A stretch of 61,382 bases of DNA, filler included, from Sluysia triapertura (taxonomy: Eukaryota): assembly GCA_046118255.1 (NCBI GenBank). It is 4 parts of 4 records of this genome, joined end to end, with 100 filler letters (N's around TTAATTAATTAA, not from the genome) between each part and the next. Parts side by side here need not be neighbours in the genome. Positions count along the whole stretch, not along the records: positions 25,745 to 44,895 come from JBJNIA010092009.1; 3 more parts are not named here. One strand, 5' to 3'. A program made the translations under genes and the position numbers. The notes below the pieces were generated by a model. That model was not told where the DNA came from. It saw nothing but the letters and a program-made list of their open reading frames with translations, and ran no database searches. This document shows, piece after piece, positions 25,745 to 38,919 of the stretch (position 1 is its first letter; each line of letters begins with the position of its first letter).

Positions 25745-25940
25745 GATTCAAATATTTTTCTCACAAAATGGTGGTATATTATTGAAATAACTTTGTGCAC
25801 ACACTTTAAAAGCAGAAACGAATATGCAAAACATTGTACTTATTTAATCCTCTAAAACAATATTTAACATGACCTTTTTAAGCCTGAGAAACTTGCTGAA
25901 ATACGAGTGGGATTAATTGGTCCCAGCGGCGACGAAAGGG
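25745..25940 (+). mobile_element. piggyBac-type MITE, partial copy
   Basis: Aligns along its length with 46166-46360 and ends GAAAGGG|TTAA. Confidence 0.85.
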
Positions 25941-27727
25941 TTAAAACAGTATTTTTCTCATTTTGAAGGACAATATTGTGAGATTTGTAATTATTATAGC
26001 ATATTTAATTTAACCTATCAAATCCTAGGATAATTTTGTATGAACACAAAAAGCATCAACATTAACCAGTAAAAAACACTAATAAATACACTTATTTACT
26101 TTTTCAAAAATAAATAGGAAAAAGTAAATATAATAAGAAAATTTAAATTATAAAAATATAAGTTTTTTAGATAACTTTTTATGTTTTCTCGTTAGATAGG
26201 CGTTATTATTTCCAGATCTGATAATTATAGCCAATGGTGACCTCTGTCAGAAGGAGATTAATGGTTTATCCAACATAAATGTATTTAAATTACTATAATT
26301 TGCTAGATTTATCAATAATTGAAAATATTTAACAGATAAAGTTTATGAAGGATCCCGTGTTATGGAAATAAAGTAAAATAGAAACAGAATTGTTAATGAT
26401 AAAATAAGGGTTTTAATAATTAAGCATTGACAATAGTTTACTAAATTTGTAGTGTATTTTAATTTTAGAAAGTGTTCACAAGCTTTGCCTTAATTTTTAA
26501 ATAAATGAAAATAATAATTTCAATTAATTTTATAATTTAATTATGCTTCTACTACCAAATGCAAACGAACACAGCTACACTAAATGAATGTATATAAAAT
26601 AAATAAATTATAATATGGCCACAAAATATCATAAAATTAATAAATGTATAATTGAAGTTGATGATATTCTCATGATAAAATCATTTATACGATATTTTTT
26701 GTAGAGAGAGAGAGAGAGAGAAAAATTGCCCATCTAATAGAAATTAAATACAAAAATTATAAAAATGGAATTATAAAATGGAATATCAGTGAGAAATATT
26801 ACGTAAAGTAGTGCTATCTGGAGTCAATTTTTATAATATGAAATTTTGTGGCTATAAAATTCACAAATGACTTATTTGTGAACATGTTATTGATTATTTT
26901 GATTGGTGTAATGAACAATTTATTGATAAAAAAGAAATATATTTAAAATAATATTACTCTTACATGTAAAAGTCACCAAAAACAAAACAGATAATCTGCA
27001 ACAATATAATTTTTAGAGTTATTCGCACAGAAAGTCAAAGAACAAAGTAGTTATTCTAAATTTGTACAGACAATAACAAATGATACATTCTTTTTGAAAA
27101 ATCAATTAAAATATCCGTTAGTTTAATTTTTATTAAGTTTACTTGATTCAATCTATTGAAGATAAAATAGTCAAAATCTATTAATGAACTTAAAAATGTT
27201 TATTAAATAGTATAAAACATAATAATGTAACTGTCATTTAATTACGTAGCACAGACACAATGTTATATTTAATAGATTTTAGAAAAACTTTATTTAATAA
27301 AATTATCTCAATTTATATAATGCCAAATATAAATACAAATTAACTATGATGATTGCTACTATTTACAATAATAGTTTTTAAATTTAGTAATTTTATAATA
27401 TTAATAAATTAAATTTTGTCTTATGTTAGTAAAATAACTTAAGTATAGCAGGTCAATATTTAAAGTAATTTACTTTGTTAATTTCTTAAAAACTTTATTT
27501 ATTGCCATTTTTCTTTTAATAACATAAAATAAAAAAGAGAAAAAATGGTGATAAATCAAGATATGACCGCACCTTGAATTTCTTTCCTATATAATTAAAC
27601 AGTTTTATTCAATCAACAAGGTAATACACAAAGACCCCAAATAAATATAACAGCACTGCATAAAGACCAGCTCCTTGTGGATCATAATTCAATAATAATG
27701 CGATAATAATAATAATGAGACTAACGT

Positions 27728-27763
27728 GATAATAATATGATAATATAACATAATAATAATAAC

Positions 27764-27810
<47 letters not shown>
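27728..27810. repeat. (TAA)n microsatellite
   Basis: Direct inspection. Similar tracts at ~6304-6350, 19801-19878, 20214-20256, 35430-35487, 44870-44895 and 51585-51646. Confidence 0.95.
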
Positions 27811-27812
<2 letters not shown>

Positions 27813-30054
27813 TGACAATAATTAAATATAACGTAATAACAATAATTAAATAATATAATAATAATAATGTGTCAATAATAATTAAATAGTAATAATTAAG
27901 TCCAAAGTTCTACTAAAGATTATCTAGTAAAGAAACACTATTGGCAGTGTTTATTAATTGTAAGAATCACACAAAAAGTAATTTTGGAAGTTGTGACAGA
28001 ATTTTGGTACAGTTTCAAGAGGGCTTAAACATCAAATTATCTATATTCTGAAGACGGATTTTCTGCTATAATAAAAATGACGTTAGCTTTTTGTATTAAG
28101 TTTTGTATCCTTAAGAAATACATAAAATACACTCAAATTTATGTTACGCTTTCACCACTCTAAAGAGGTCAATAAAATACAACCAAAATTTTTAGAATTC
28201 AATTCAAGCATTAGTACATTAATACTTTAGTAATTCTTAGTTCAGTTTATTCAATAGTACATATTAATAAATTTTACTTTATATTACTCATCCACAACTT
28301 ATAAATCTTAGCGTCTTTGAAAGGACTACATTAAATAAGTCCATAATATAAGGGGTATTATACAAAATCAGTCGCATTGTTTGTTTTAAATAAACCTAAA
28401 AAATATATTTTTCTAGTCTTATTTTAAATAAGGACATAAAATATGTTTTAAGTAAACTTTCTAATAAAATGTTACGATTAAAACTCTAGTATAATAACTA
28501 TTGAAAGAGTAACTAATTACCGATAAGAAGGTTAATCAATTTTAATCAATTAATTTAATCAATTTTCGGCTATTTTTTATCTAGAAACCCTGTGGACAAG
28601 CTCTTAACTGAGTAATAAAAAAAATATAAAATATTAATAAAATTTCATTAGCTAGATTTTTGTAATTTTAAGAATTCGAAAGAGAATTTAAATTTCCTTT
28701 GACACTTCTACACCTTATATCAGAGACATTTAATTTACGTGAATGTTATATTATAGTACGGCAAAATAAATCAAAATCTTATCCGGTATAATTAGTATAA
28801 CAATACCTTATTTAACTGCAATTTTATCTAATAATTTTAAATATAATGATGATTATATATATTATTTTCTGATAAAAAATCTAAATTATTACAAATTTTA
28901 AAAATTCTTATTAATTGTAATACAACAATTAGTTATGGAATGTAATTTATTATGTATCAATTGTTTTAATAATTTTATGCGCGAAATATCTGACACATAA
29001 TAAGAACGAAAATAACTAATTCTACTTCATTTATATTTTTAAACACGTCAATAGCATTTCTTTTAGTTCATTGATGCACAGAATTGCATCCATTATTGTT
29101 TACATTTACGATATTCTATAATATAAAATACTATATTCCAGACCTCTATACCTTCACCGAATTTTAAACGTTTTAGACAAATAATCCCTTGAAATTAATA
29201 TGTATAAGATTTCGAACCATAAGTACCAGCAAATGAAAACCACTTTCATCTAAGAAAAACGTATTGTCCCAAGAAACCATTTTTTCAATCAAAAATAATT
29301 TTACTTTTTACATTTCAATTGAAAATAAGTTGAAAATAAAAATCAATTTAAATCGCACTTTTTAACTTTGCCTCTTAGCTTTAATAGTTTTTCAACTTTA
29401 CTAATCTCTTCTTCATTTCTTTGGACGTTCAATTTTTTTGATAACAAATTTCTCGAACACACAATTTCGATGATTTCATAAAGCTTAATCAGTCAGCTCT
29501 AAATTTCAATAGCTGCTCTTTATTTTTAATAGCCATTATTTATTATAACAATAATAAAATAAATATAAAGACGTTTTAAACTGGTACCAAAATTTCGCAC
29601 AAAAAGCATTAGAATATTAAAACAATTGATAGAGAATAAAATTGATAGAGAATATAATCATAATACATAATTGTATTATAAAAATTACAAAAAATAAGAA
29701 TTTCACATTTTTATAATTTAGAATAAACCGGTATCAAAAATTTTACTCACTATTATAAATCGTATCATCTTGAAATTATCACTACTGTTTCATTTGATTC
29801 TAAACAGAGAAAAATAAATTTTTATTCAAAATTAACTTAATCAGATTTTGCTTCAAACTCAATTTGTAATTTAATTCTACTAATCAGAAAAATCTGCACC
29901 TAAAATCAAAAATTAAACACTTTCTTTTGTTTTGAATGATTAAATTTACCTATAAAAAGTTTGTATAAGTAAAACATTTTAAACATAATTGAATGTCATA
30001 ATATTTTATGCATGGGCGTTATTCTTTGTATGTAATTCTTACAAAATTGCTTAC

Positions 30055-30204
30055 CCCATTTTTATAAATTGATATTGATAGCAGTTTGTTTCTTGTGCAC
30101 ACATCCATTCTAACTGAGTTATCGAATAACCTCTATTTTCATTTAATACAGAATGTTTCGATTTTAATTTACCACATAGTTCTTCATCTGGTATCCAACC
30201 ATAT
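30055..30204 (-). CDS. DUF4062-domain protein, exon 2
   Basis: TATAG acceptor in matching phase 2; (R)YGWIPDEELCGKLK...GYSITQLEWMCA...KMG completes the RYGWxP/SITxLE motifs; GTAAGC donor. Confidence 0.88.
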
Positions 30205-31378
30205 CTATACAAAAATGAAATACTTTATATTAATAGTTTAGAAATTAGTCTTAAAAAATTCAGGTGGTACTGTAAATGAGTTTTAATTATACCCATACTT
30301 ACGATTTGGTAACTTTAATCAATAACTGCTAACATGTAGATTGCTTGAGAGCTAATTGCTGAAATCCAAAACGTTTACACATTTCAAATACGCAGAAAAG
30401 ACTACAAATTAGGACTCTATATTAAAACGCAGAATGATGTTTTTAATGATGTTCTTAAGTTCGCTGAATCTTTGAATAAAAAATATATGAAACGAATGAA
30501 AAACATCTGGGAGTACATAGTTTTGTCATTTCTAACTTTATACCAAATCTTTAGTCGATCAATTAATCCTTAAAAGACGAGTATGAAGTATACTTCACGC
30601 TACATATATAAAACATCCTTCTTTGCAAAACATATTTCATATCCTTACATCAAATGCTTAGCAAATTGAATCATTTTTAATTCAATGTAATTTTTCTATT
30701 TTTAGCCAAATTAATTCCGGCCAGTTCGGTTTTCATTGACACTTTTCTTGCAAAACGAATGAAATCTTACATTTATAATGTGGAAAACTCACTTTATATA
30801 ATAATTTCACTAATAACATGACGTGGCAGTAATGTTTTGAATTCCATTCGACAATAATTTTTCCTCTACGATCGATTTTTTTAGAGTCAAAATTATAAAA
30901 AGGATTTTAATATATGTATTTTCATGCTAATATGGCTAGTTTATTCTATATATTAGTTAATTTTTTTCTATAATGTTTGGCCGTATCATATTTTATTTAT
31001 TCATAAATGATTCATTTAATAATTATGTATTTATTTCGTTTTTTCATTTCTATTTTACTTTAATTTTATGCATTTCATGCATACGATGATTCCGCTTAAT
31101 CCATAACTTCTACTAGCTAATTAAGTGTGATTAGAGTTTCCCTTCACATTTAACACTTTCAATTTTTGTTTTCTTTTATCTTTCATTTTTTTCATATATC
31201 ATTCATTTTCATTTCTGAAGCTACCGTAACGCTAAAACGTTTAAGATGTTTCTTTTCGAATTTTTGTTTATGAAGATTCTTTTTAAATTATGAAAGTTTT
31301 ATTTTAATTTATAAAAATTATTTTGAAATTTAAAATTTATCTATCTCACATAGAGATTAAAAATAAAAATATTCGTAC

Positions 31379-31620
31379 CTGAAACCATATAAACCAATAA
31401 AAACATGGCACTTCTTTGATTGGTCTAAGCAGTGATCCAATAATTGTGAATTACTCCATGTTTTAGGAATTCCCCACCTTAAATCAACCCAATCAATATT
31501 TATCAATGAATTGTAAGCTTGTAGTCGAGCTCGTAATTGAGGCATCGCAATTGTACTCAAATAATTCCGTTCTTCTTTAAGATCAACAAAAGTCGATGAT
31601 AGAAATATAGTAAATGACAT
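31379..31620 (-). CDS. DUF4062-domain protein (TEP1/NWD1/TTC41-type N-terminus), exon 1
   Basis: MSFTIFLSSTFVDLKEERNYL...VDLRWGI...CLDQSKKCHVFIGLYGFR fits the FISSTFxDMxxER/VDLRWG/FxGxxGxRYG signature; AG|GTACG donor. Confidence 0.9.
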
Positions 31621-32125
31621 TGTTGGTGGTGTTAATGTGGTATCGACATTGTTAGAGATGATGTCCACGATCTTGGCACTGCAGATTGAGGGAAAACAAA
31701 TCGAAGTCAATAATATTAGTGGCACCTTAATAATATTACAAAAGGTTGGGCCAAAAAATAACAAACTTAAGTAAATGACTGAATATGACCTAATCTTATT
31801 TCCATAAGTCATCATAAGCAATTATGCTTCTCCAAAAAAATGCACAATATGCAAATTAAAATTAATTTAGAATTGTCAGTAAAACAATTTTATTTAGCAA
31901 TTAAGTCGTACTGTTGTTACACAATACAGTAAATTAGAATATAATTTCTTAAAGTATAATATTTACAAAAATTCAAATGTTCGTTTGTTCAGAATCTTAA
32001 ATCTCCGAAAATTCTTCACCGATTGCTTTGAATTTTTGAAACAACGTTGCATTCGAATAAGCACGTATATCTTTATTGTTATTACTATTTTTATTATTAC
32101 TATTTTACTTAATTTTTCAATTAAT

Positions 32126-32286
32126 GATTGTCACTATCAATGATGACATTGTTTAGTTGCCATCTGTTAATTCATGTCACCATTGATAGTGGTTGTCTGT
32201 ACAGCACTAAAATGAATTGTATTATTACTGGTTGTCCAACCAGAGTCGATCTCTCTATTATTTTCATATCTTTGGTTGGACAGTCA
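32126..32286 (+). ncRNA. Two tandem RNA hairpins (candidate pre-miRNA pair or other structured RNA)
   Basis: Hairpin 1 (32126-32197): ~23-bp stem with 3 G-U pairs. Hairpin 2 (32229-32286): 17 contiguous pairs with 3 G-U. Confidence 0.4.
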
Positions 32287-32464
32287 ATTCAAACAACTGC
32301 AGAGCAGTAAATGCTATTAATTGTACACAAAAATTAATTATTAAAAAACCATGCGTGATTTAAAAATTACAACGGTACAAGATTTAACAATTAATGAACT
32401 GAATTTTATACTTACTATAAAAAACGTAAATAATTTTAATAGTTAATGTTAAAAGCTAATTTAA

Positions 32465-33506
32465 ATGATTGATAAAGAGCGAATTATAGAATACGTGAAA
32501 AGATCTGCACAAGCTATATTAACAAATAAAGATGGTAGAAATCTTCAAGAAATATCGGATTGTATTTATTCATTTAATTTGTATTATGTCATCATCAGAT
32601 ATGCGTCAGATATGTTTAGAAAGCTAAACAGATCAAAGCTGGCCTTTGAATACGAATTTTGGATAGTTATAAAAGAGATAATCCTAAAAATTGCTTTAGA
32701 ATATTTGCATGATGATTCGGAACGCTATTAATGAATCAACATTAAATCGTTATAGAGAATTACTAAAACTTGATACGAACTTTTTGAACCATTGAATTCA
32801 TTTCTAAGATATCTTGGAATGGTTGAAACATATTGCGGATTAAAGTCGATAGAAGAATTACATTTTAAACTAGATATAAAATCAGTTTTATTAAATACAT
32901 GGGTTAATTCACATGCGTCAAATTTATCTAGTTTAGATGTTACGTCAAAGAATTTAATTGATCTCCATGTAAAATTGAACAATATCCATGTTAACTCATC
33001 CGAAGAAGTTAATGTTGATAATAAAGAGATGAATACTGAATCTATTATAATTAGTAACAATGACGACATTTTATATCCAAATATGCAGTTGCAATTTATA
33101 ATTCTTGCGAACACTATGATGAAAGTAAATGATTATACTTTAGAATATAAATCACTAATCGATGCAAATGATTATCAAACAATTTCACAATTTCACACAT
33201 TAGAAAGTAAAGTAAATAATGAGAATCGTGCTTACAGTTCGTACCTTAAAGTTTTCCAAGATAACATGCAGTCAGAAAGCATTACAGTTACATAAAGCTA
33301 TTAAATGTGCATCAAATCGGCTTGTCGGAATGGCGTTATATCCATACGACAGCGACCTCAATGGTACCTGCTCAAGATTTGCAAGCAACTGTCCTTATGC
33401 GTATACGGTTAGTCAATTGGCAATTACGGATCTAGATCATTCTAACTGGGATCACCTATTCAGAGTCACAGATCTAATACAATCGATTTGGCAAATGACA
33501 ACATAG
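32465..33506 (+). pseudogene. Intronless ~345-codon orphan reading frame broken by about three frameshifts
   Basis: ORFs 32465-32731 and 32792-33295 share a frame and are bridged by an open +1 segment (AINESTLNRYRELLKLD); ORF 33219-33506 overlaps and continues it. Confidence 0.6.
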
Positions 33507-34589
33507 AGAACATTATTTATACATTTAGTAATGAAAATTTCGGATTTTTGATATATAATAAAAATTTCTGTGTTTATAAATCTTATTTCTTTTATCATAA
33601 ATTTTTAAATCAAAAGTTTTGAAACTTACATTTAAAAGATATCTTGTTAATTCTTTGTTATACAACTTAAAATTTTTAATAATTCTAAGCACCATAAACT
33701 CACAACAGAAATAACGGTTGAATATGTACATATTTATGTAACAAATAAAGAGCAAAAACAGAAAATGGATGGTAAAAATTATTTCAATAGAGATAAATTG
33801 AATATAAAATTATAAAAATAAATATTTTATGAAATTAATTAAATGAAAACATTAATATAAATTCGTTTATATAAATAAGTCTATCCTATTTATGTATTTT
33901 ATAAAGTTTTGTTTGAATATTAGATGTTACGATATTTTGATAAAATTAAACAAAATTTTATAATTTTGTTTATTCTTTTTATTATAATTAAATTCGCTTC
34001 ACATAATGAAGTACAAATATAATTATTTATATTAATACAAATCTAAAGTCATTTATAAATCTAGATGATTGAATAAAAAATAAACTACCAAAAATATCCT
34101 ATCAGATTAAGTGTAGTGCATATTCTACCACATTAATGTATCTTACGACAAACTAATAAAATTTAGCCTACATTTCAATAGAATATTGTGATCATTAGCA
34201 TATATTTTAATCATAAACACAATGGTAATATTTTGTAATATTTACAAGAATATTTCGCCTTAATATAAAATTAATGATTTTAAATAAATTTACCGATAAG
34301 AATTGATTTTTATGATTATAATTTCGATTATAAAACTTTTTAATTTCGGTTTTCTAAATTACCACACTAAACTGTATGTAGTAGGTGGAATTTGTTTAAA
34401 ATTGAAAATTTGGTTTAGCTTTGCCATATTCAATTTTATTTTGCATAAGTAAAATTCTCTGTTCTCCATTTACGTTTATCTCATTTTAAAAAGATTTTGT
34501 GAATATAATATTAATTGAAATATTAAAATATTAATTATTAACCATTAACCATTTTATGCCAACTTTTGACTTTTTAATAGTTATATTAA

Positions 34590-34661
34590 CACATTATGAG
34601 CGGGTATTCTTAAGTGACAGTACATAAAACGGGTACTAATACCCGCCCCGCTCATAATGTG
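34590..34661. mobile_element. 72-bp piggyBac-type mini-MITE
   Basis: TTAA|CACATTATGAGCGGG...CCCGCTCATAATGTG|TTAA: perfect 15-bp TIR with TTAA on both sides. Confidence 0.8.
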
Positions 34662-35429
34662 TTAAATATTTCTTCAAGATCAGTAATTTTTTTCCACTGA
34701 TATTAACACATGTGTTTGAAAATTAATCTAAGATTATAAATGTAGTAGTAGACTGGAATGGAATTTTAAAAAAATTTAAAATAAAATTAGAAAAAACCCT
34801 TCTAAGTACGTTATGTCAATGAAATATGTCCAATGATACTACAATAAACTGCAAAAGGTTAAGAAAATCCTACTGAGAAGCTTCTTGAACCAACTTTAAA
34901 TAAAAAACCAACATTTCCACAACATAGATACATCATCATCCAAATAATAATAAGTATTGTCTATAATAAAATTCGAAATATTTTCATAAATATAAAAAAT
35001 AATTAACAAAAGTTATGAGAAAGAATAAAAATGAAAAATCTTTTAAGTATATATTATAAAAGTAGACAATTAAAAATCATGCAATGAAATTTCAGTACTT
35101 CAATATTTAAAGTTTCTGCTACTAAACTTTTAAACTAACTAAGATATACTTTGAACATTGTCCAATGTACAATCTAGTAAATTGTATTTACGATCTATTT
35201 GATCAATAATTTCCACATTTCCACCGTTACTTTGCACAGAAATTAATTTAATCACCTGTTCAGACATACCGTGAAAAATATGAGTATTGGGTAACGAATT
35301 CGTTATCTTTTTTAATGTACATTCGCTGAAATTATAAATTATTAAAATTTTTTTTGTATAGATTGTATAACAATAACTAATATTTTAAATTTTTAGTAAC
35401 TAATAATTAAATTATTTTTCTATTTAAAA

Positions 35430-35489
<60 letters not shown>

Positions 35490-36861
35490 TTATATAATAA
35501 ATAAGTCGATGATAATAATATATTTGAAATAGAACAAATGTGTACTCTTAAAATTTCTTATAATAATCCCGATGATGTGATATTCTCTGGTAGCTGGTTG
35601 TATAATTTTGAAATATAAATGGTACATAAACTGGCACTTATCTTTTACTGTGGATTCTCTATATGGACTAAATTCACATTTGCCTTGAGTTGTAGTGAAC
35701 GCTTAACGATCTGAACAGAACCTCCATGTAATATATTATAGTCAACATGATCTTCAGTATCCTTGATCAATTTTCGAACCTCCATTATACTTTCTTTCTA
35801 AACAGATAAACTTTACTTCTAAATTCACGTATTTGAATTTATTTGAAAAGTTTTTCCATCCAAAAGTACAAATTCGAAATGAAGTTTCGGCGTTTCCGTT
35901 GGCGCAACCTTTACCAATGAAGTTTGTGCAGTTGAATTGATCGAGATCTTTAGATGTGGATCACAAGATAAGGGTTATCTTTATCTATTATTTGTTTAAC
36001 AATAATAGATAAGTTGGTAATTGTTTCATCTCATTACCAACGAACAAATGGATTCATCCAACAATGTAAAGAAATTTTTGATTAGAATCATTAGAAGCGA
36101 ACTAGGGATATTAAGTTTATTAAGCTTAAACTTATTTTATCATCTTGTAATATTGTTTTAGTTGAATCTGATTTAATACTTTGGTTATTATTTTTTTCAT
36201 GTTTTTCGGTTCATCTAATAGTTCTTGAACAAAATATTCAATTTTTAAAATATCATTCCAATTACTACTAACTGTTTCATTTCCAAGAGGAATACCAACT
36301 TTATAATGTGCATTCAATTACTTATATCCTTTGTATTTTTCTTTGCTACTAATAACTTTGCAAATAGTTAGAAATATAATTATTGAGTCGCCAACGAATA
36401 CGGGATATAGGCAATATCTTATCTAATAACAATTCATTTTCCATATCAGATTTTTGTACAATATTTTTGATGTTCCCTTTATAAGCCAAACTTGAAGTTC
36501 TAAAGGAGGTTATGAACATGATTTTGCGAAATAATCATAATATATCTCATTAATTGAACTTTCTTCTGCTAGACACATAAACTTACGCTTTATTATTATT
36601 TTGGAATCCGTAATTTCAATGAACATATTTTATCTGTGATACCGCATAATGCAATCTCAAAATTTGTTAAACAAATACAAGGTAGATAATTAATAAAAAA
36701 ATTTAACATATTAAGACTTGCATAATCTTAAATAGAAACCAAAAGTTAAATTTAAGCATCCAGCAAACGTAACTTAATCCCACAAAAATTATTTCCTATT
36801 ATTTCCGCTTTATATAGGATTAGAATAAAAGTCTTGTCCGATAGAAAATATTTATTTAACC

Positions 36862-37097
36862 CAGGGGTCTTCAACCTTTTATATTTCTAGGAACCCTTCG
36901 AGCCCATGGGTTTCGTGAAGGAACCTCATGTTTCTCCTCCTGAACCTCATAAAGAAAATAATTTGTCAGAGTTTTTTCTACTGAGTAGAAATACAACATA
37001 GATCATCGTTATTATGTTATATGTGTTTTGACTTAATCAGTTGCGGAACCCCTGTCAACGTTCCAGGGTTCCGCGGAACCCAGGTTGAAGACCCCTG
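36862..37097. mobile_element. hAT (Charlie/Buster-like) MITE
   Basis: Perfect 16-bp TIR CAGGGGTCTTCAACCT/AGGTTGAAGACCCCTG and repeated GGAACCC subterminal motifs. The 8-bp TSD is not conserved. Confidence 0.85.
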
Positions 37098-37391
37098 CAT
37101 TAGACAAACAAAATAATCTATCAACTAACCTTAAACACATAAGTAGGCAATGGATTTCTCATTAGTAGTTATTTTTATTTAGATTTTAAAAAAGAAAAAA
37201 ATACGTATTAAAATGCTGATATAACTACCAACCTATAAAAGTAGTAAAAATCATGAAATCGCATAATTTAAAACAACGATTTCAAAAATAAGTAGTCAAA
37301 TTTGACCTATTTGTACTTTTAATGTTAAATGATACATGATGTAATTAAACTTCAATATTTGTTAATTATAGTAATTCTACTTATTATTTAG

Positions 37392-37517
37392 GAACTGGTA
37401 AAACATTAATTGGTTGTCATTTGACAAAAATTTTTGCGGATCTTAATAAAAACAAAAATTCTGAGGATGTAGTTCTTTACTGTGGACCATCAAACGATTG
37501 TGTCGACTTAGTTGCTC
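37392..37517 (+). CDS. HELZ2-like Upf1-family SF1 helicase, exon with Walker A and motif Ia
   Basis: TTTAG|(G)TGKTLIGCHLTKIFADLN...VLYCGPSNDCVDLVA|GTAAG. The LYCGPSN motif resembles the HELZ2 C-terminal helicase. Not in the ORF track. Confidence 0.88.
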
Positions 37518-38623
37518 GTAAGATTTGTATTGTTTTTAAAGCTTGCACACGCATTAATAACACAATTTCATTTTAAAGTTATTTTAGAAATGCGGCATTT
37601 TAAATAAAACAAACATAAATTAAGTACATAAATAACTTCTAAACTTATCAACTACAAATCTAGTTTTCAGCAGGCTTTAGTGGCATTTGGATCTCACATA
37701 TTACATTTATATCAAGTAGATTCAGAGATATCATTTGCTTTTTTTAAAGCGTCGTATATTTGTACTATTTAATATTATTTTCTAAATCGGTAATGCGTGA
37801 TTAATCCACGATACAGACATTTTATTGCATTTGTGTAGTAATTTTTATTTTTAAAATACACTTTAATTGAAATAAATTTTAACAACCTTAGGAGTTATAC
37901 ACAGCAGCGACTGTATTAGATGATGACCTTTTCTGTATTTCTAAATTTATCGTATATATTCTTATTCGAACCATAATTTGGTTTTGACATTAAAGTAATC
38001 GAGTGCTTTACTTTGTTACTTTTAATCCTATCTTTTAGAATTTTTCTTCTGAATGTTTCAAATCATATGCAATTTTAATTCTTTTTTCACTCTTATGTTG
38101 AAGATGTCAAATCTTTAGTTATTTTCCTGTCTTATATTCTCAAATCATTTAAAATATCTAAAATAATACATTATTTGCAGAATCTTTATTGGAAGCATTG
38201 ATTTAGGTTTTCTTTTGGTAATTTTGATTTTGATGCTTCCTAGTTTAACCATAACTACCTGGTTTCTCCATCCATTATTATATCGGAAATTTGTAATTTT
38301 CAATCATAAAATTTCATGTTACAATTTAAGATACAATTGATTCTTAATTTTTTGGAATTGCAGCATGTTATTCTGTTCAACTATCGAAACATGCTATTAT
38401 ATTTATGGCACGGTTATTAGTTATTTGTTAAAATATCATTAATAATTCAATGAGAATAACCTATCAAAATTATAAACATTTAAAATAAAAAAACAAAATA
38501 TTAAATTGTTTAATTATTAAATACTAATTATTCAATTCACATATCTACATTAAAAATGTGGATTGATATGGTAACCTTGTTTTAAATAAGTAAATTTAAT
38601 ATCAATGTAATATTTAATTTTAG

Positions 38624-38919
38624 AAACAATGATTAGAAAATTTGATTCAAAGTGTCCTAAGTTAATCAGAATTTACGGTGATCAACAACAAAATGCAGAT
38701 TTTCCAATGCCAGGAGTGTTTAGAAATTTCAAATCAAAATTGAGTACTCAAATGCAACAAATTAGTCTACATTATTTAATTCGTGACATGGAAACGGAAG
38801 AAAGCAAAATTATTAAAGCCAATGATGAAATTTTTAAAGCTATTTTAGATGGTCGACATAGTGAGTCCCTCGCATCCGTCAATGAACGTATCAAATTGCA
38901 AAAAAGAAAAATAAGAGAA
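38624..38919 (+). CDS. HELZ2-like helicase, next exon
   Basis: Phase-1 TTTTAG acceptor matches the previous donor; KLIRIYG...DFPMPG...ISLHYLIR...KIRE|GT. Confidence 0.85.

Noticed and set aside
27609-27818. Tyr-rich 69-aa ORF
   Set aside because: Translation of a microsatellite.
31621-31821. Hydrophobic N-terminal extension of the DUF4062 ORF
   Set aside because: The track's ORF starts at a non-ATG codon and domain similarity begins at the Met at 31620. Treated as probable UTR, but in-frame upstream ATGs exist, so it is not excluded.
32728-33114. 128-aa ORF on -
   Set aside because: Antisense shadow of the + strand frame; the same applies to 17628-17855, 19629-19814, 25316-25498 and 58772-58960.
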